Assembly (NCBI GenBank): GCA_020536535.1
Contig: JAHLWZ010000793.1
Span: forward strand, 62,001-126,000
Source of the DNA: Pelomyxa schiedti
Taxonomy: Eukaryota; Protista; Evosea
DNA length: 64,000 bases
Direction of reading: 5' to 3'
The notes beneath the pieces are model-generated. The model had not been told where the DNA came from. It was given only the letters and a program-made list of their open reading frames with translations, and did not search any database. A program made the position numbers and the translations under genes. Of this stretch, positions 11,850 through 26,100 are shown one piece after another. How positions within the stretch are numbered: the stretch's first letter is position 1; every line of letters begins with the position of its first letter.

Positions 11850-14078
11850 CGGCTACTAGGAGTTCCAGCAATTGGTATTTCTTGTTTTCATTACTGCTCC
11901 CTGTTCACGTTTTCAAAAAATAGATGAGAATAGTATTAGGGTAACTGGTGGTACTGGTCAAGTAACAATCCTTGAGGTATTGATTGGGATTACGTTTCAT
12001 TTCCTCCAATAATACCCCTTCACAGGTTTCTTCATCGATTGTTCAAGTGGAATCTGTCAAAAAAACTACAAGCGAAATGAATGAGGAGAAACTTGAAGAA
12101 CTTCAGAATCAAGAGAAATTACTCCTTTCAAAAGAAGCAACCTTGAAAGTACAAAAGTCACTAGAAATTTCTCTCTAACATTCAGTGAAGCATGAACGCG
12201 AGTGGGTCAACAATCTTTTATTGGAATCAATTAAGCCAAAGAAAGGTATAAAATACTTCTCTAGTTTCTATTTCCAAGTTTCCTTTCAGGTCTCACTTTG
12301 CACTCTGAGGCTGCTGGTGCTTTACTTGAATTCCATTCTTCTAATGCTGCGAGACTTGATTCTGCCTTGGTGCAAATCGCTAAAGAAATAAAGGGTTAAC
12401 TACTCTTTTTCTAAATGTTTCGTTGACTCTCGCAGAACTACGCAGTCAGATAGCCAAGGCATTACCAGTGGGCGTCGCTAGTGAGCAGCCAGCATCATCC
12501 AAAAGGGAAATAACTATAACGATTCACTCCCCGGAGAAAGCAACTGTAAAGTCTTATTTCAATTTCTACGTGAAAACCAACAACCGTAGGTTAATCTTAG
12601 ATTATCTTATATCACAAGAGGGGCAAGCTGGAGCCCAAGCTATGATGCAAGAGTAACGTCTAACTCACCCAACTTCCAGGTATATTCTACTCTCAGTAAA
12701 AATCTAAACATCCTACAGCTCATTTACTATGGCAAAATTATTAACAGCACGGGAGAGGTATGCAAACATATCCTTACTTCCCCTTTGATGTGAGATAGGA
12801 TTGGAACAACACACATATTGTTCTTTCCACCGCACAACCAGCAATTGGCGGGGAGCCACCAAAATTAACTACATCCATGGTTTCAATTAGTCCTCATGCA
12901 AGCTATTCTTATATGAGTAATAATCCCCGACTACTCTTCTTGCTCTTAAAACCTCTACCTTTAGATGCTCAAGTTCATAATGCCTATAATGCTCTCGACA
13001 ACGTCCACCAACAGCAGCGATTCCACCAGGCATATCAGCAGCCATATCAACAAAGCTATCAGATGCAGATGCAACTGCAATCATACCAACAAAGGGAGAT
13101 GGAATCCAACGTTCTTGCCGATTTTTCTGCATCCCCTGCTCCTCCCCCTCCCCCTCCTGCAGTTTCTGTTCTCACGACTGAAGCCCATCAAGCTATATGT
13201 GCTACTACATTTGAAGTTCCTCACACAACATCCATTGCATCCGACCAGAAACCTCACAAGGTAAGACTGGTTGTGTGGTGAGACTTAAAACCTGTTAGGT
13301 GACTGTTTGCATCGTCAATTTTTCTGGCACACATGCCTGTGTCGTTGTCCCAACCCTTAGTTCTAATGCCTACCTGCGGCTGAACGTGTATGTGATCCAT
13401 TACATTTGTTTCTCTGATTGTTTTCGTCTAGAAACAACACAAGTCCGTACATAATACTGCCTGGAACTGTTCAAGTAGCCATCCTCTTACTTCCTTTCAG
13501 TAATCTGAGCTTGTAGGTATTTGTGGACAGTAATTTCGTTACATCGTCGCAAATTAAGTTGATCAATCCCGGAGAGAAGTTCACCATTTACCTTGGAGGT
13601 ACTCTCGTGCAATTATTGCTTTTCTTTAACCGTTTCTCAGTTGATTCTTCCATTGTTGTGAAGCCGAAACCGAAGTCAGAAAAAAGTTCGGTTGTGGGAC
13701 TCTTGAAACGCACAAAAACCAAGGATATTACTGCTGGTTATGTTGTCAAAAATACCAAGCCCACCAAGGTAAAAAACAAAACACTGGAACCACACCCTGA
13801 TGCAATCCACAAGATGAGGGTGACTCTGTATATTCCAATTCCGCGTGCTCAAGATGACAAGGTGAAGGTTGTTCTCAAGGACCCTGTACTTGAAAACAAC
13901 CCCCTTGTGAAACTAAACGAGTACAACAACCTTGTGTGGCCACTAGGTTTGATTTACTGCCTTCTGTATCTTCAACCATTCTAATGAACGAGCAGACCTC
14001 AATAGCAATCAGGAGACCACTATCACCTATTCCTATTCCTTTGAGTATCCAAATGGGACAGAACTTGGTTTCTCATGA
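11449..14078 (+). CDS. DUF4140+DUF4139 (MuiA / F37C4.5-like) protein, multi-exon
   Basis: SVCVYSDR|AELTRTL, DENSIRVTG, INPGEKFTIYLG|VDSSIVV, IPIPRAQDDKVKVVL, LVWPL and YSFEYP are typical of this family. Confidence 0.8.
11806..11849 (+). repeat. Poly-T tract (about 44 nt) in an intron
   Basis: Directly visible. Confidence 0.9.
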
Positions 14079-14170
14079 AGGACTTCCCCAACAAACAACC
14101 AGAAAAAAACTAAAGTTAATAATCCTTCTTTCTCTTATTAAGTCAATGTCGATAGAGACAGAATTGGCAC

Positions 14171-14887
14171 TCAATAAACTTGGCGACCTTCCCCAAAGGC
14201 CAGCACACTAGCAGGGTCCACTGGATCCCTTTCAAACTTTGTTGCGCGTTCTATAATTTCGGGGAGTGCAATGGATGCTTGGTTGATGCCATGGTGGCTG
14301 AATCCGTGCTTGGAGTCGCCTATGAACAAGTCATCAGAATAGGAAATGCATAAAACGGAAGGGATGTATAACCAACCTGCACACTGGTTGCGTAGCTTGG
14401 AGAGGACCATTGGAGATGTGAACTTCACGCCGACTGTTTCCTTTGTTGTTGCTCGGTGGAAATCATCAGGTATCCACGAGAGCCAACAGTGCTTCAGACG
14501 CTTGCCCCCGTCAGTCGTCACTGCATTCCCCCATTAGCCACGCTAACGCAAAAGCAAAAGCAGAGTGTACACACTGTATCTGACGTTGAGGATGGCCCAC
14601 GCCACATCGTCGGCAGGAAACGCGGCGGCGAAGTCGGCATAAGGTGTCCCCAGGGGGAAAGAGCCGCCAACAACCACTTCGTTGCTCCCGTTGAGGCGAA
14701 AGATGACGCCGAGGTTGCCTGGCTGCCTGAACGCCGTCACGCACTCGTCCTTCACTGGTGGCTGCGTTCATAAACTGTAAGTTAAGGTGCCAATACGAAA
14801 CGACAAAGCACACGGAACAAAACGAAACCACTTGTTGAGCAAGATAGGGAAAAGGGAGCACTAACGCACCACTTCCATCGTTGCCAT
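14171..14887 (-). CDS. Divergent ADF/cofilin-homology domain protein
   Basis: MATMEV|PPVKDECVTAF..GVIFRLN..YADFAAAFPADDVAWAILNVRY..DGGKRLKHCWLSWIPD follows the ADF-H pattern. Confidence 0.75.
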
Positions 14888-15203
14888 GTTGCTTGTTAAG
14901 TTTTTTGGTTTGTTTTGTTGTTTTTTGGGTTTTTGTTCGGTATTCGTTGGTTCACGGGTTCCAAATCACATGAACGAAAATCTGCTTCTTTTAGCTTGCA
15001 GTTTCCTGCTGTTCTTAGGGAATCCAAGTTGAGCCCATCCCTGTGCTCTTCTGAACTGCTTTGTATAGCTTACGCCCCACTCAATTCTTGCCGACCTCCT
15101 CAACAACTAATAGAGAAAACTAACAAGCCAGTCAGCAGTGATCAGAAGTCACAGAAACAACACCGTCAGCTGCTTTGAGTGTTTCGTGTGGCCACAACGC
15201 ACC

Positions 15204-16818
15204 ATGTTGGATCGACTCAGACAATTCGACGCGTAAGTCCTCACCTCACTCCTCCTTTTTTTCCCGTTGGCGGTATTTGTACTAAAGCACACCAGGTACC
15301 CCAAATATGACGAAGAGTCGGGTGGCTTCAGGGTTAGGACATCAACCGGCGCCCTGTGTATGTGTTTTTTTTTTTCTCCCCCCAGTTGTTGTTTATTAAG
15401 TACTTTTGTGATTAACGAGGTCTTTAAGTGTCTGTGGTTTGTTTGCTGTTAATAGGAGCACTTGTGGCAGAGCAAGTTCAGGAGTACAGAAAAATACAAG
15501 TACTCCCAGGTAGAGCCGGATCAATAATAGGTTCTCTACTCACCTTCACCAATAGAGATAAAGGTGGACACCAGCAGAAAAGAGAAGATAACACTCAATT
15601 TTGATATCACTTTTCCTCATCTCTCCTGCAATGGTGTGCTCTACCCTCACTATTCTTAAAATTCACTTTGGGAAGTGCTTGGGGTTGATACAATGGACTC
15701 TACTGGCGCACAACAAATTGATATTTCGCACAATGTCTTCAAACAAAGGCTTGATAAACAAGGAAAACCGCTAGACGTGTCATATAAAGCTGGTAATTTC
15801 ACTCATTCTCCGGCACTTGTTGACACAATCACAGACATTGGTAGCAGCCCACAAGCGGAAGCTCCGCCTCCTGTACCACAGTGTGGATCTTGCTACGGGG
15901 CCGCTGATGACACTAAAAAATGTTGCACGTGTACTGAGGTCCAACAGCTTTACCGCCAAAGGGGTTGGAGATTTGATCCAAATGGTGTTGCACAGGTTGA
16001 TCCTCACTTAAATAAGGAGTTCTCAGATAAAAAAGTGCAGAGATGTGGATCTTGCGGAAAAAATAAAAGCCCAACCTGACGAGGGCTGCCGATTATACGG
16101 TTTTGTTCGACTGAAAAAAGTACCTTATTATTCATATTAAATTTGCCAACTTAATGCTGTAGATTGCCGGAAATATGCACATTGCTCCGGGAACTAGTTT
16201 TCAAGACTCCCACACTCACATGCATGGCGCAAGTGCAGAGTATCAAACTCCCACATATTTACCTCTCCATTTATAAAAGTACTAGGCTAGGGAAAGTTAA
16301 TAACACTCACATCATACATTCACTATCATTTGGGGATGACTTCCCGGGAATCCTACACCCCCTTGATGACACTTATAACATTGACGGTGTGTTCAAGACA
16401 ATCACATTAACGCCCCGCAAGTACCGCTTAACAATCCTCACAGAGCACTACATGGGAATGATACAGTACTTTATCAAAGTTGTGCCCACCGAATATGAAG
16501 AAATCAGCGGAAACATTGTTACCACCAATCAATATTCAGTAACCGCACACACCAAATACGTAGACACACCCGACAAGGGGCTACCAGGTACAAAACCAAA
16601 CAAACCAACAAAACCAACATACCAACAACAAACCTACAGGTGTGTACTTCATGTATGACCTGTCACCCCTTGTGATCAAGTATGTTGAGGGGAGGAGCTT
16701 CACACTGGAGCACTTCGTTACCGGCGTGTGTGCAATTGTGGGAGGTGTGTTCACGGCCTTGGCTCTCCTTGACAGCCTCATGTTCCGGGCTCTGAAGCTC
16801 TCATCAAAACGAGACTGA
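15204..16818 (+). CDS. ERGIC3: ER-Golgi intermediate compartment protein 3 (Erv46-like)
   Basis: LRQFDA|YPK, FRVRTSTGAL, VDTSR, FDITFPHLSC, CGSCYGA, EGCRLYG, QYFIKVVPTEY, TNQYSVT, LPGVYFMYDLSP, CAIVGGVFT. Confidence 0.93.
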
Positions 16819-17119
16819 CACATTCTCCTTATTGTTGTTCTGGGGGATGTTGTTGGGTTCAAAAGGGTTGTTTTGTGTGTTTGTTGTTGGGAGGAACAAT
16901 ACTGAAGTGAACGAAAAGGAAGTGACAGATGATTCACCTCAAAGCAAACGAGTCAAGAAACATCAGTTTCCACTAAGCACCCCAAAGGCCTAAGGAAATA
17001 AAAAACAACAACGGCTTCCCGAGTCATTTTCCTTCGACTTTTTTTGTTTGCTTCCTTTGATTTCTTCGCTTTTTTTTTTCTTTTTCCCTTTTGAATCAAC
17101 ACCCAACGACAACGAGGCG

Positions 17120-19312
17120 ATGGGAGACGTCGACGAATGTGAAGGGTTGTTGAGGTCCATCAAGCCATACTTGAGGTAGTTCCCTGTACCCTTTGATGTA
17201 TTTTTTTCCCCTCCGGCTTGCCCGGCTTTTTTTTTTTTTTTCCCTCGCCTTTTTTTGCCTGTTGCACTCTCTTTGTTTCCGGTGGTAGTCCGTCTACGTT
17301 GTGGTGTAGTCACGTTGTGCACAAAAACAATACACACACCGACATACATTCACACACACAGGTTTTTCCCTCGGGAACTTGGGGGAGGGTTCGTTTGCGT
17401 GTATCACATGTGTGAGACGCCACTCCTGCGCACGCGAGACGAGCACGCCCTGTGCGCGCACCTGTGCGCCCACCTGCGGGCTCACGACACCCCCCTCCCT
17501 TCTGTATTCGACCCCCCTGACCAGCATCCTCCAACGTCACCTTCACTGTCTGCCATCAACACAATCACAAACTCAAACACAAGTACAAGCGCAAGCGCGG
17601 GTGCAAATTCCAGCACATGCGCAAACACAAACACAAACACAAACGGCGCCACTGTGGCCGTCAGCACCACCAGCAACATCAAAAACGGTAGTAATAGTAT
17701 CAGTAGCAACGAAACAAGCACAAGCACCGTCACCAGCGCAGACAGCGGCAACAGTAACAGCAATACCAGCACCAGCGGCAATTCTCCAAATGGTGGTGTC
17801 AACTGCTGTCACAACATCACTGTGAATGTAAGTAGTACCAATTGTGGAGGGGGCACCAGGGGATGTGAGGAGGGGCAGACGGTTCATAGGCCAGTATTGC
17901 ACTTTGCAAGGGCCACAACACCTCCTCCAGGAAGGGTGGGCACTCCACCGCCTGAGGGACGAGTGAGGGCTCTAACTCCCCCGCCTATGAGGTCTACAAC
18001 TCCCCCACAGTTACTAATTTCGACCTTGACATCACCTGTGAACTGTGACCCACTGGTGCACCCAGCACATATTTCCCCACCAACCACTCCACCTTTCGAG
18101 CCAGCTTTATTTCAATCACACTCGTCTGCTCTGGAGCCACTTTTCCAACTTGATTGCTGTGACCCTAATCTCTCTGATACACTACAGCAGGCTTATTTCA
18201 ATGGAACTGATACCGACGGTTCTTGTACAAGTCAACCACCTCCAAACTCTAGCTCCAATTCTGATGAAACTTTTATCCGCTCCCTTTCCCCACTACTTTT
18301 AACTCTTCGTGGTGACCTTTCCGTCTCTCCAAACTCTCCACATAGTGACACATCTGCAAGTGCCTCAAAAACTCCGCCGCACCCACCGTCTCTACAGCAA
18401 TCTCCATCGTTCCCTTCTCGTCTTCCTCCTCACCCTACTACAATATATTCTGGTTACGATTTTAACGGTTCATTGCCTGATTTTTATGTCTCTCCTAAAA
18501 TCTCCCAAGGGAAGACCGATATGGATGCTGATGAAGATGTTTCGTCCTCAAGTTTCATGTTTGCTTTCTTCCTCTTTTCACCCTCTAACATCTTCAAAAC
18601 AGCTTAAACCAGCTTCGCTCATCAAAAGTTGAAAAAAGCCCTAAACAGAAGCCAGTACATGTATTCATTTCCACCAAAATTTTAGTTTAACTTCGTTTTA
18701 GCAAAGAGTTCGCATTTGCGAACCATCTGAAGAATATGAAGTTGCTGAAACCCCATCCGAGAATTGTGAGATTTTCAGTACTCCAACCCAACCAAAGATG
18801 AGGCAGGTTAGTAGTCTATCATCTTTCGAAAGCCATGCAATATTCTCCATTTTACAGAGCCAACTGAGACAACAAATGCTTCACTATGGGTTGAAACTCT
18901 TCCGCCTAGATGCAAATCAAAATTATGTCTGCTTTTTTGAAGGCTGCAACAAAAGAATGACCAAGAACTTCTCAAGACACATTTCCAGGGTATCCTTTCC
19001 CTCTGCCGTCACAACTACTAACCTCCCAAATACAAAAAGCACGAGAAATCACACCACCGCATTGCCCCGGAGCTTTTGCACTTGTTAAAGAACAACGCGC
19101 CAGCACCAGCACCCTACACCGAATGTACAGAAACCCATCATTCCGAAATCGCCAGCGGCACTCACCTGCACACAACCAAATCAGAACAACAGCAGAACTC
19201 GCCATACCCCGCAGAATCGCCCTCCCCCCCACCCGCCTCGCTCTCCCCGTCGCCTCCCATAACTCCCCCGCACATCCAGTTCGACACATCCCCAGAGACA
19301 CTCACCCCATAA
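17120..19312 (+). CDS. Putative transcription factor with two atypical C2H2-type zinc fingers and low-complexity linkers
   Basis: FVCVYHMCE..LCAHLCAHLRAH and YVCFFEGCNKRMTKNFSRHISR|HEK. Introns are phase-compatible. The 3' end is uncertain (see findings). Confidence 0.65.
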
Positions 19313-19851
19313 TCCGCCACTCCACCCCTGCCTCCTACCTCACCCCCAACAACAACAGCAGCAACAACCACAACCACCACAGCACATCCATCCACCAGTC
19401 CGCCAATCCGACCACAACAAGGCTATTCCACATGGGAACAAACAGCAGCACTGCTCAACACTGGGCCCGAGACTGAGGTTGCACTGGATATCCTGACAGA
19501 TGCTGTGCTGTGTCACATACAGAGGGAGCGTGATTGCACACCACACAACACACCACCTCCCCCTCCAACCATTGCTGATGAGGACTCACCCCCCAACACA
19601 CAGCCACCTTCAAATATGTAAGTCATTAGGTGGAATGTTGTTGATGAGATACGGGCCCACACCCCCTGGTCCTACACCTCATCACCTCAATCCTAAATAC
19701 ATACTCTCCATTATGGTAGCAGTGGTACATTTTCTCGCTACATTATTATGTTCATCGAGGCTGAGAAAATTAACAACAAACCACAAAAAAAAAAGTGATT
19801 GCTGAAACAAAAAGGAACGAAATACTAAACGTCAAAGTGACCGGAGGGGCG

Positions 19852-20401
19852 ATGAGTGGTGCGACACTGCGAGATTTGCCACGTAAGGGTGCGATGACGA
19901 TGCCGTACGTGCCGCGGCAGAAGGTACGATTATGGTCTGGATTTTTATTTTTTCCAGTCTGTTTTTTTTTTCCCCAAGGAGACTCTTTATGGACATAAGG
20001 AAGGTTATTCTCATATACTAACTGGTTTCCCTTTTTTTTTTTTTTTTTGTTCTTTTGTTTCAGCTGAAGGAAGTACCTAAGTATGTGTGTGATCACAACA
20101 CTCTACCACCGGGTATCCTTTGTGCACTTTTTTTTTGTTGTTGAACGTTACTAGAGAACTGCCGCATCCCAAACGACTGGAGGAATTCTCTCATAAGAAC
20201 AATGGAATCCCAACAAAAGCTTCCTATTAAACGGTACAAGTACACCCATTTTGCTGCAATCTCATTCATATTCACAAGACCTCCTGATGAACCTCCGACT
20301 ACTAGTAGCGGTACCGAACCTACTGAGCCAAGCCACCCCAAAAGAGCCCGGAAAAGTATCACTCCTGTACTGGCCCTCCCTAACAACACACAGGTTCATA
20401 A
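19852..20401 (+). CDS. DDA1: DDA1-like small protein (DET1/DDB1-associated, CRL4 component)
   Basis: MSGATLRDLPR..PKYVCDHNTLPP|ENCRIPNDWRNSLIRTM..PKRARK resembles the plant/animal DDA1 pattern (LGDLPS..Y.PTHN.TLPP....NILIR). Confidence 0.6.
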
Positions 20402-20495
20402 TATTCCCAAATGTAAATATTCCCCACATACTCATTACAAAGCCTTGAACAAAGAAGAAAAAGTGCACAAAACAATAGAAGTTCTTATTGACCCT

Positions 20496-21211
<716 letters not shown>

Positions 21212-21628
21212 TTACAGCAACAAAATGCGACGCAATGCCGCAGCACCAACCAAGAATTAAAAAAAAAAAAAAAAAAAAAAGAAAATCCTTCAACAAGCAA
21301 TTGTCTTTGAGTGACGTTATTTGTATTGGTGTTCTATCGTGCTAATAATTCCCAGATACGAAGAATATGTGGACTTGGAACATCCCTCACACTGGATGAA
21401 GGCCGATGAGTGGCACTAAGAGGAAGAGCCGAATGATTCAGTATTTACCGAAAGAGGGCAGATGGTACTGGTCCCAACAAGGCAACCCTCCCTTCGCTGA
21501 TTTTTTTTATTTCTGCGCCGTGGTACCACTACGTACTGCTTGGAGGCAGATGAAAATAAAAACCCCATTCAAACATAAATTAAAAAGAAGAAGCAATCCT
21601 TTGAAGAACGAGAAAACTTAAGGACACA

Positions 21629-22956
21629 ATGAAATCATTCATTGCCTTCGTGTCGCTGTTTGTTGTTGAGTTATGCACCGCAAATGTAGTAATAGACACA
21701 GAGTCTGGGGCTCACTTTGGTTTGCTCCCTGAGTATGTATAGGTTTTTAACATTTCCACCAGAAACCATCGGGAACGACTTGCCCAAGTACTTTTTCTGG
21801 CTGGATAACCCAGTATCACTCTCATCCTCTGTCTCTGAGTCCATGAGTTCCTCTGAGTCGTTGCCTTTGTTGACTGGTGCAGGAAATGGTGGTCATTCAT
21901 CAAGTTCATCAAGTTCCAAGTCGGCGGATCAGACAAAGTAAGTTCCCATACATTCGTTAAGATGAGAGTTCTAACGGCGGGATATATTAAGGTACAAGGT
22001 GGAGTTGATGAAGCTTAATGAAGTCACATCTGGTAATAAGCGATGTGCTAGTCTTTCACTCCCTTCCGTTGGATGGGTGTACACTGATGTGGAGGATATG
22101 GGCTCTGAGTTTGTTTTCAACATCACTACCTATAGCTCCTCGCCGACGAACAATGGCCATAATAATGGCAATGGCAAGGGGAACGGCAACAGCAACGGCA
22201 ACAAGATGTCATTCAGTGAACTTACTTTCCGGAATCACATTTATAACAACCACGGTACCAGTGATGGGGTTGACATCTTCAAGTTTGGTATGTCCACTTT
22301 CTTTGGGTCTAATTAATTAACGATTTTAAAGATATCTTCCTGGCCGGTTACGAGTGGGAATGTGAGAACTCCAACTTACAAGTAGAATTTAAATTTTCAA
22401 GTGACCTAAGTGGTAAGTCCCGTGTTAGAGTTATCCGATTCTAATGCCTTTCAGAGGACCACAGTGCAAATGGCACCACGGCCCGGTATGGAAGCATGTA
22501 TTTTTCCATTACCCCAGAGGCTACAGCTACATCCGGCCAAGTGATTTCCATCCTTCCTGCACCATTCCTCTAACTTCTCCACAGGTTACAGCGCAACTAA
22601 AATGTGATGACAATTCCACTGATGCTGACCCATGGTACACAATTGAGTATAGCCACTTTGAGGGCGACCTGTACCATGACCCTGATGTTGGCCTTGGCAG
22701 TGTATACACAAGTTAGTATATACTAGGCACATAAGCTTGTGCTAACCCAAGTCACCCAGATGATGATAGCAACACACTTTTCATAGTTGGTGTTGTATGC
22801 TGCTGTGTTGTTGGACTTGCTGCTGTTGGAGCCGGAATAGCTGTTGGGTGTGCATATCTTTCCTCTCTTTAAGCTAGACCCACAGAAACTAACCACCACA
22901 CCAACAGGGGCTATCTGTACAAGAAGAAGAAGGCACCCTACAACAGTGTCCCATAA
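21629..22956 (+). CDS. Hypothetical type I membrane protein (signal peptide, luminal domain, TM, short YxxPhi tail)
   Basis: Signal MKSFIAFVSLFVVELCTA; YSHFEGDLYHDPDVGLG; TM LFIVGVVCCCVVGLAAVGAGIAVGGYLY; tail KKKKAPYNSVP*. Confidence 0.75.
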
Positions 22957-23118
22957 ACCATCCCGGGGCCTAAATACCATAAATGGCAGCCCCGTTGTTA
23001 TGTGTATTTCTTTTTTTTTCAAATTTTTCTTCCCTCTTCTGTATTCTTTTCTTTGCCAGATCTCGTTGTCTTCCGGTAAATAAAAAGCCGAAGTCGAAAA
23101 AGAAAAACAAAAAAAACC

Positions 23119-26100
23119 ATGTCAACCAAACACCACACCAGCAGCGCAGCGGCCCCTAGATCTAGAAAGGCCAACAGGTCACCCTCCCCATCGTCGTCCT
23201 CGCGCTCGGCGTCCAAGTCGTCGGCGTCTTCGTCGTCATCGCCCGGCGCCAGGGCCTCTCGGCGCAAGCCCGTCGTCGCCACGCCGCCCGCCAAGCACCG
23301 CGCCCCGCCCGTGAGCGCCGCCGCCGCAGCGGCTACGACGACGACGACGAGGACGCCGACGCGCCGGTCGCGGTCGCGCTCCCGCTCCCACTCGCGCAGC
23401 CCCTCCCCGTCGTCCACGAAGAGCTCGTCCTCGTCCCGCCCCCGGCGCTCGCCCTCCCCCTCGTCTTCGTCGCGGTCTTCCTCCGAGCCAAGGAAGGCGC
23501 GAGGCAAAGCCACAGCGGCAGCTCCTACTAGCACCCCACACCGCACGCACGAGAGGGAGGGCCACGCGGCGCATGGTAGTAGTCGGCCGGTGGAGAGGGA
23601 CAGGGACAGGGATAGGGACAGAGACAGAGACAGGGAGAGAGAGAGGGAGAGGGAAAGAGAACTGATGCAGCAGCAGCAGCAGCAGCAGCACGAGAGGCCG
23701 CGTCATAGGGGTGAGCCAGACAAAACCAGTGACAGGGAGCACTACCGGCCACACAACCTGCCGGTGGAATCCGCGCACAGGCATGTTGAGCGCCACGTCA
23801 GCACCAGGGTGGATAGGGAGCACGGCGGCAGAGCAACGCCGGCGGTGACGCCTCCACCGGTTCCGCCTTCGGCGAGCTCTCCTGCCCTCAAGTCAAGCAG
23901 TGCTGCTGCTTCTACTTCTACTTCTCCTGCCCTCAAGTCGGCTGCTGCTTCAACTTCTCCTTCCATCAACAAAAGTGCCGCCGTTAGTTCGGCGCAGTTG
24001 CAACACCATTCATCCCATCGAAAAGGTGCCCCAGAGGTGGGCTCGTCATCTAAGCTTGCTATATCTGAAGAAGTGCCTAAAATAGTACCCAAGAAGTCAT
24101 CGGTAAAAATCCTTTCTTGTTTTTCCCAGTAAGAAAATTACAGAGTAAGAGGAAGCATCCCGCTTTACATGAAGCCGTTTTGGAGTGTGTACTCTGGAGA
24201 AATTGTTTTTTTTTTTAATTTGGTGCACCCAATAGAGGAACAGATCAAGTGTTGGAGGTGCTTCAATCTTCTGATGTTAACACCAGATCCCCAGTAGATT
24301 CTTCCACTGCTCTTCACGTTGCTGCCGGAACAGGTTATATAATAGACGCGCACTGAGTGGGCATTTCTTATCCATTATAGGATCTCGTTCTATCGTGAAA
24401 ATACTTGTGGAGGCAGGAGCCATGATAGATCTTCAAGATGAGAATGACAACACTCCACTTCATGTCGCAATAGCGAACTCACATTCTAAAGTCGCAATCA
24501 TGCTACTACCTGTTTGCACTCAGGTTTGCTAGTATGATTGGTATTTTACTGTACTCATTTTGACAGAGAGTTATAAACAAAAGAAATGTGTATGGAGACA
24601 CTGCTCTCCACATTGCTGCAGCACAATCCCTTGTGGAAGTTGTAAAGGCTCTCTTAGACTCTTCGAGCAGTGCCAACCCTAATATGTATTATCCATACCT
24701 TCAGTTACAGCACACCTTTAACAGTGGTTGCAGTGCAAATGAAAAAGGCCTTACGCCATTACACGTTGCCATAGAAAAGAATAACACCCCTATTGTTCAA
24801 TTATTGCTTGCCGCAAAAGCAGATCCCAATGCGGGTTAGTCTCTGTTCTCACTCGCTCTTTTTTTTACTCCCACTCTAGTGGGACCTCAGCAGCAGTCCC
24901 CTCTTCACATGGCTGTGCACGATAAAGAGCGGTCAGATATCGTAGCACTGCTACTCAAAGTACGGGTTTTTACCGCTCCAAATCTCAATCTATAATAGAG
25001 CAAAGCCAACCCCCATGCCGTTGATGCAGATGGAAAAATTCCGCTTTTCTATGCCGTCCGACAACATTTTGATGTAAAATACTTATTGACACTGCTTCTT
25101 TCATCTTTCTTGTAGGGTATAACGAATCAGCTGACCCAGACTGAATTTTCTGGGGACATTTGTCTTGTCTATGAGATAAAACAACAAATGCTTATTGAAG
25201 AACACCACAAAAATCGCACGTTATCAACTGCAGATAGTACCGTTGCTCCAACCCTCACTGTGGCTACAGCTACAGCCACAGCTACAGCCACTACGACTGC
25301 AGCCACGACAACAACTTCTGCAACCCCAACCAAGGAAGCCAGTGAAGCACCTATTGATAGGTACGGTTTCTATGGACGTGGTGGAGATACCTCTCCAGCA
25401 GCCATAAAAAAAGAGCTGGAACGTGCTGTAAAATGGAACAAACTGATGAAGAACTGGGAAAAAGCAAAACCAAAAATTGTGTGTATCTATTTTAACAGCA
25501 GCTGCTTTATTCATTCCCTAAGGTACATGGGAGGTGCGTTAAAGGGATTCCTGATCGGTGTCGTGGAGAAGCATGGAAGTTACTAGCTGGTGTTCCAGAA
25601 ATCCGTGACAAGAACCCCACTATTTATAAAGTAATCTAGGCTCGGTTATACATCCATTTTAATGTGAGTATATTTGTTAGCTTCTGTTAGCTTCCCAACC
25701 CCCACCTCGTGTGGCCTCACAACTTGATCTTGATATCAAACGTGCCCATCTACAGCACGAAATGTTCCACCAGACTTTTGGCTCCGGGTATTCACCACTG
25801 AAACCTCAATTCAATAACTAAATAATTATTCAGGCAGATAACCCTATTCAACGTCTTGAGAGCGTACAGTGTTTATGACCCCGTTCTTGGTTACACACAG
25901 GTTTCCTTCTTTGTTCTTGTAGTTTTCCAACACTTTATGCAGGGAATGGCCGATATAGCAGGGTTTTTATTAATGTACATGACTGAGGAGGTACCGGTTC
26001 TCTCTCCTACATTCTCTAACCACTGTCTAGGATGCTTTTTGGATGCTTGTGCAGCTGATGAAAGACAAATATGGCTTGCGTGCAATGCTTTCAGAGGGGT

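Noticed and set aside
18990-19039. GTATCCTTT donors (also near 20113, and GTATCCTC in the PLAC8 gene) resembling U12-type 5' splice sites
   Set aside because: There is no TCCTTAAC-type U12 branch point, and the 18990 intron has a U2-type TACTAAC. Donors in this genome are degenerate and pyrimidine-rich.
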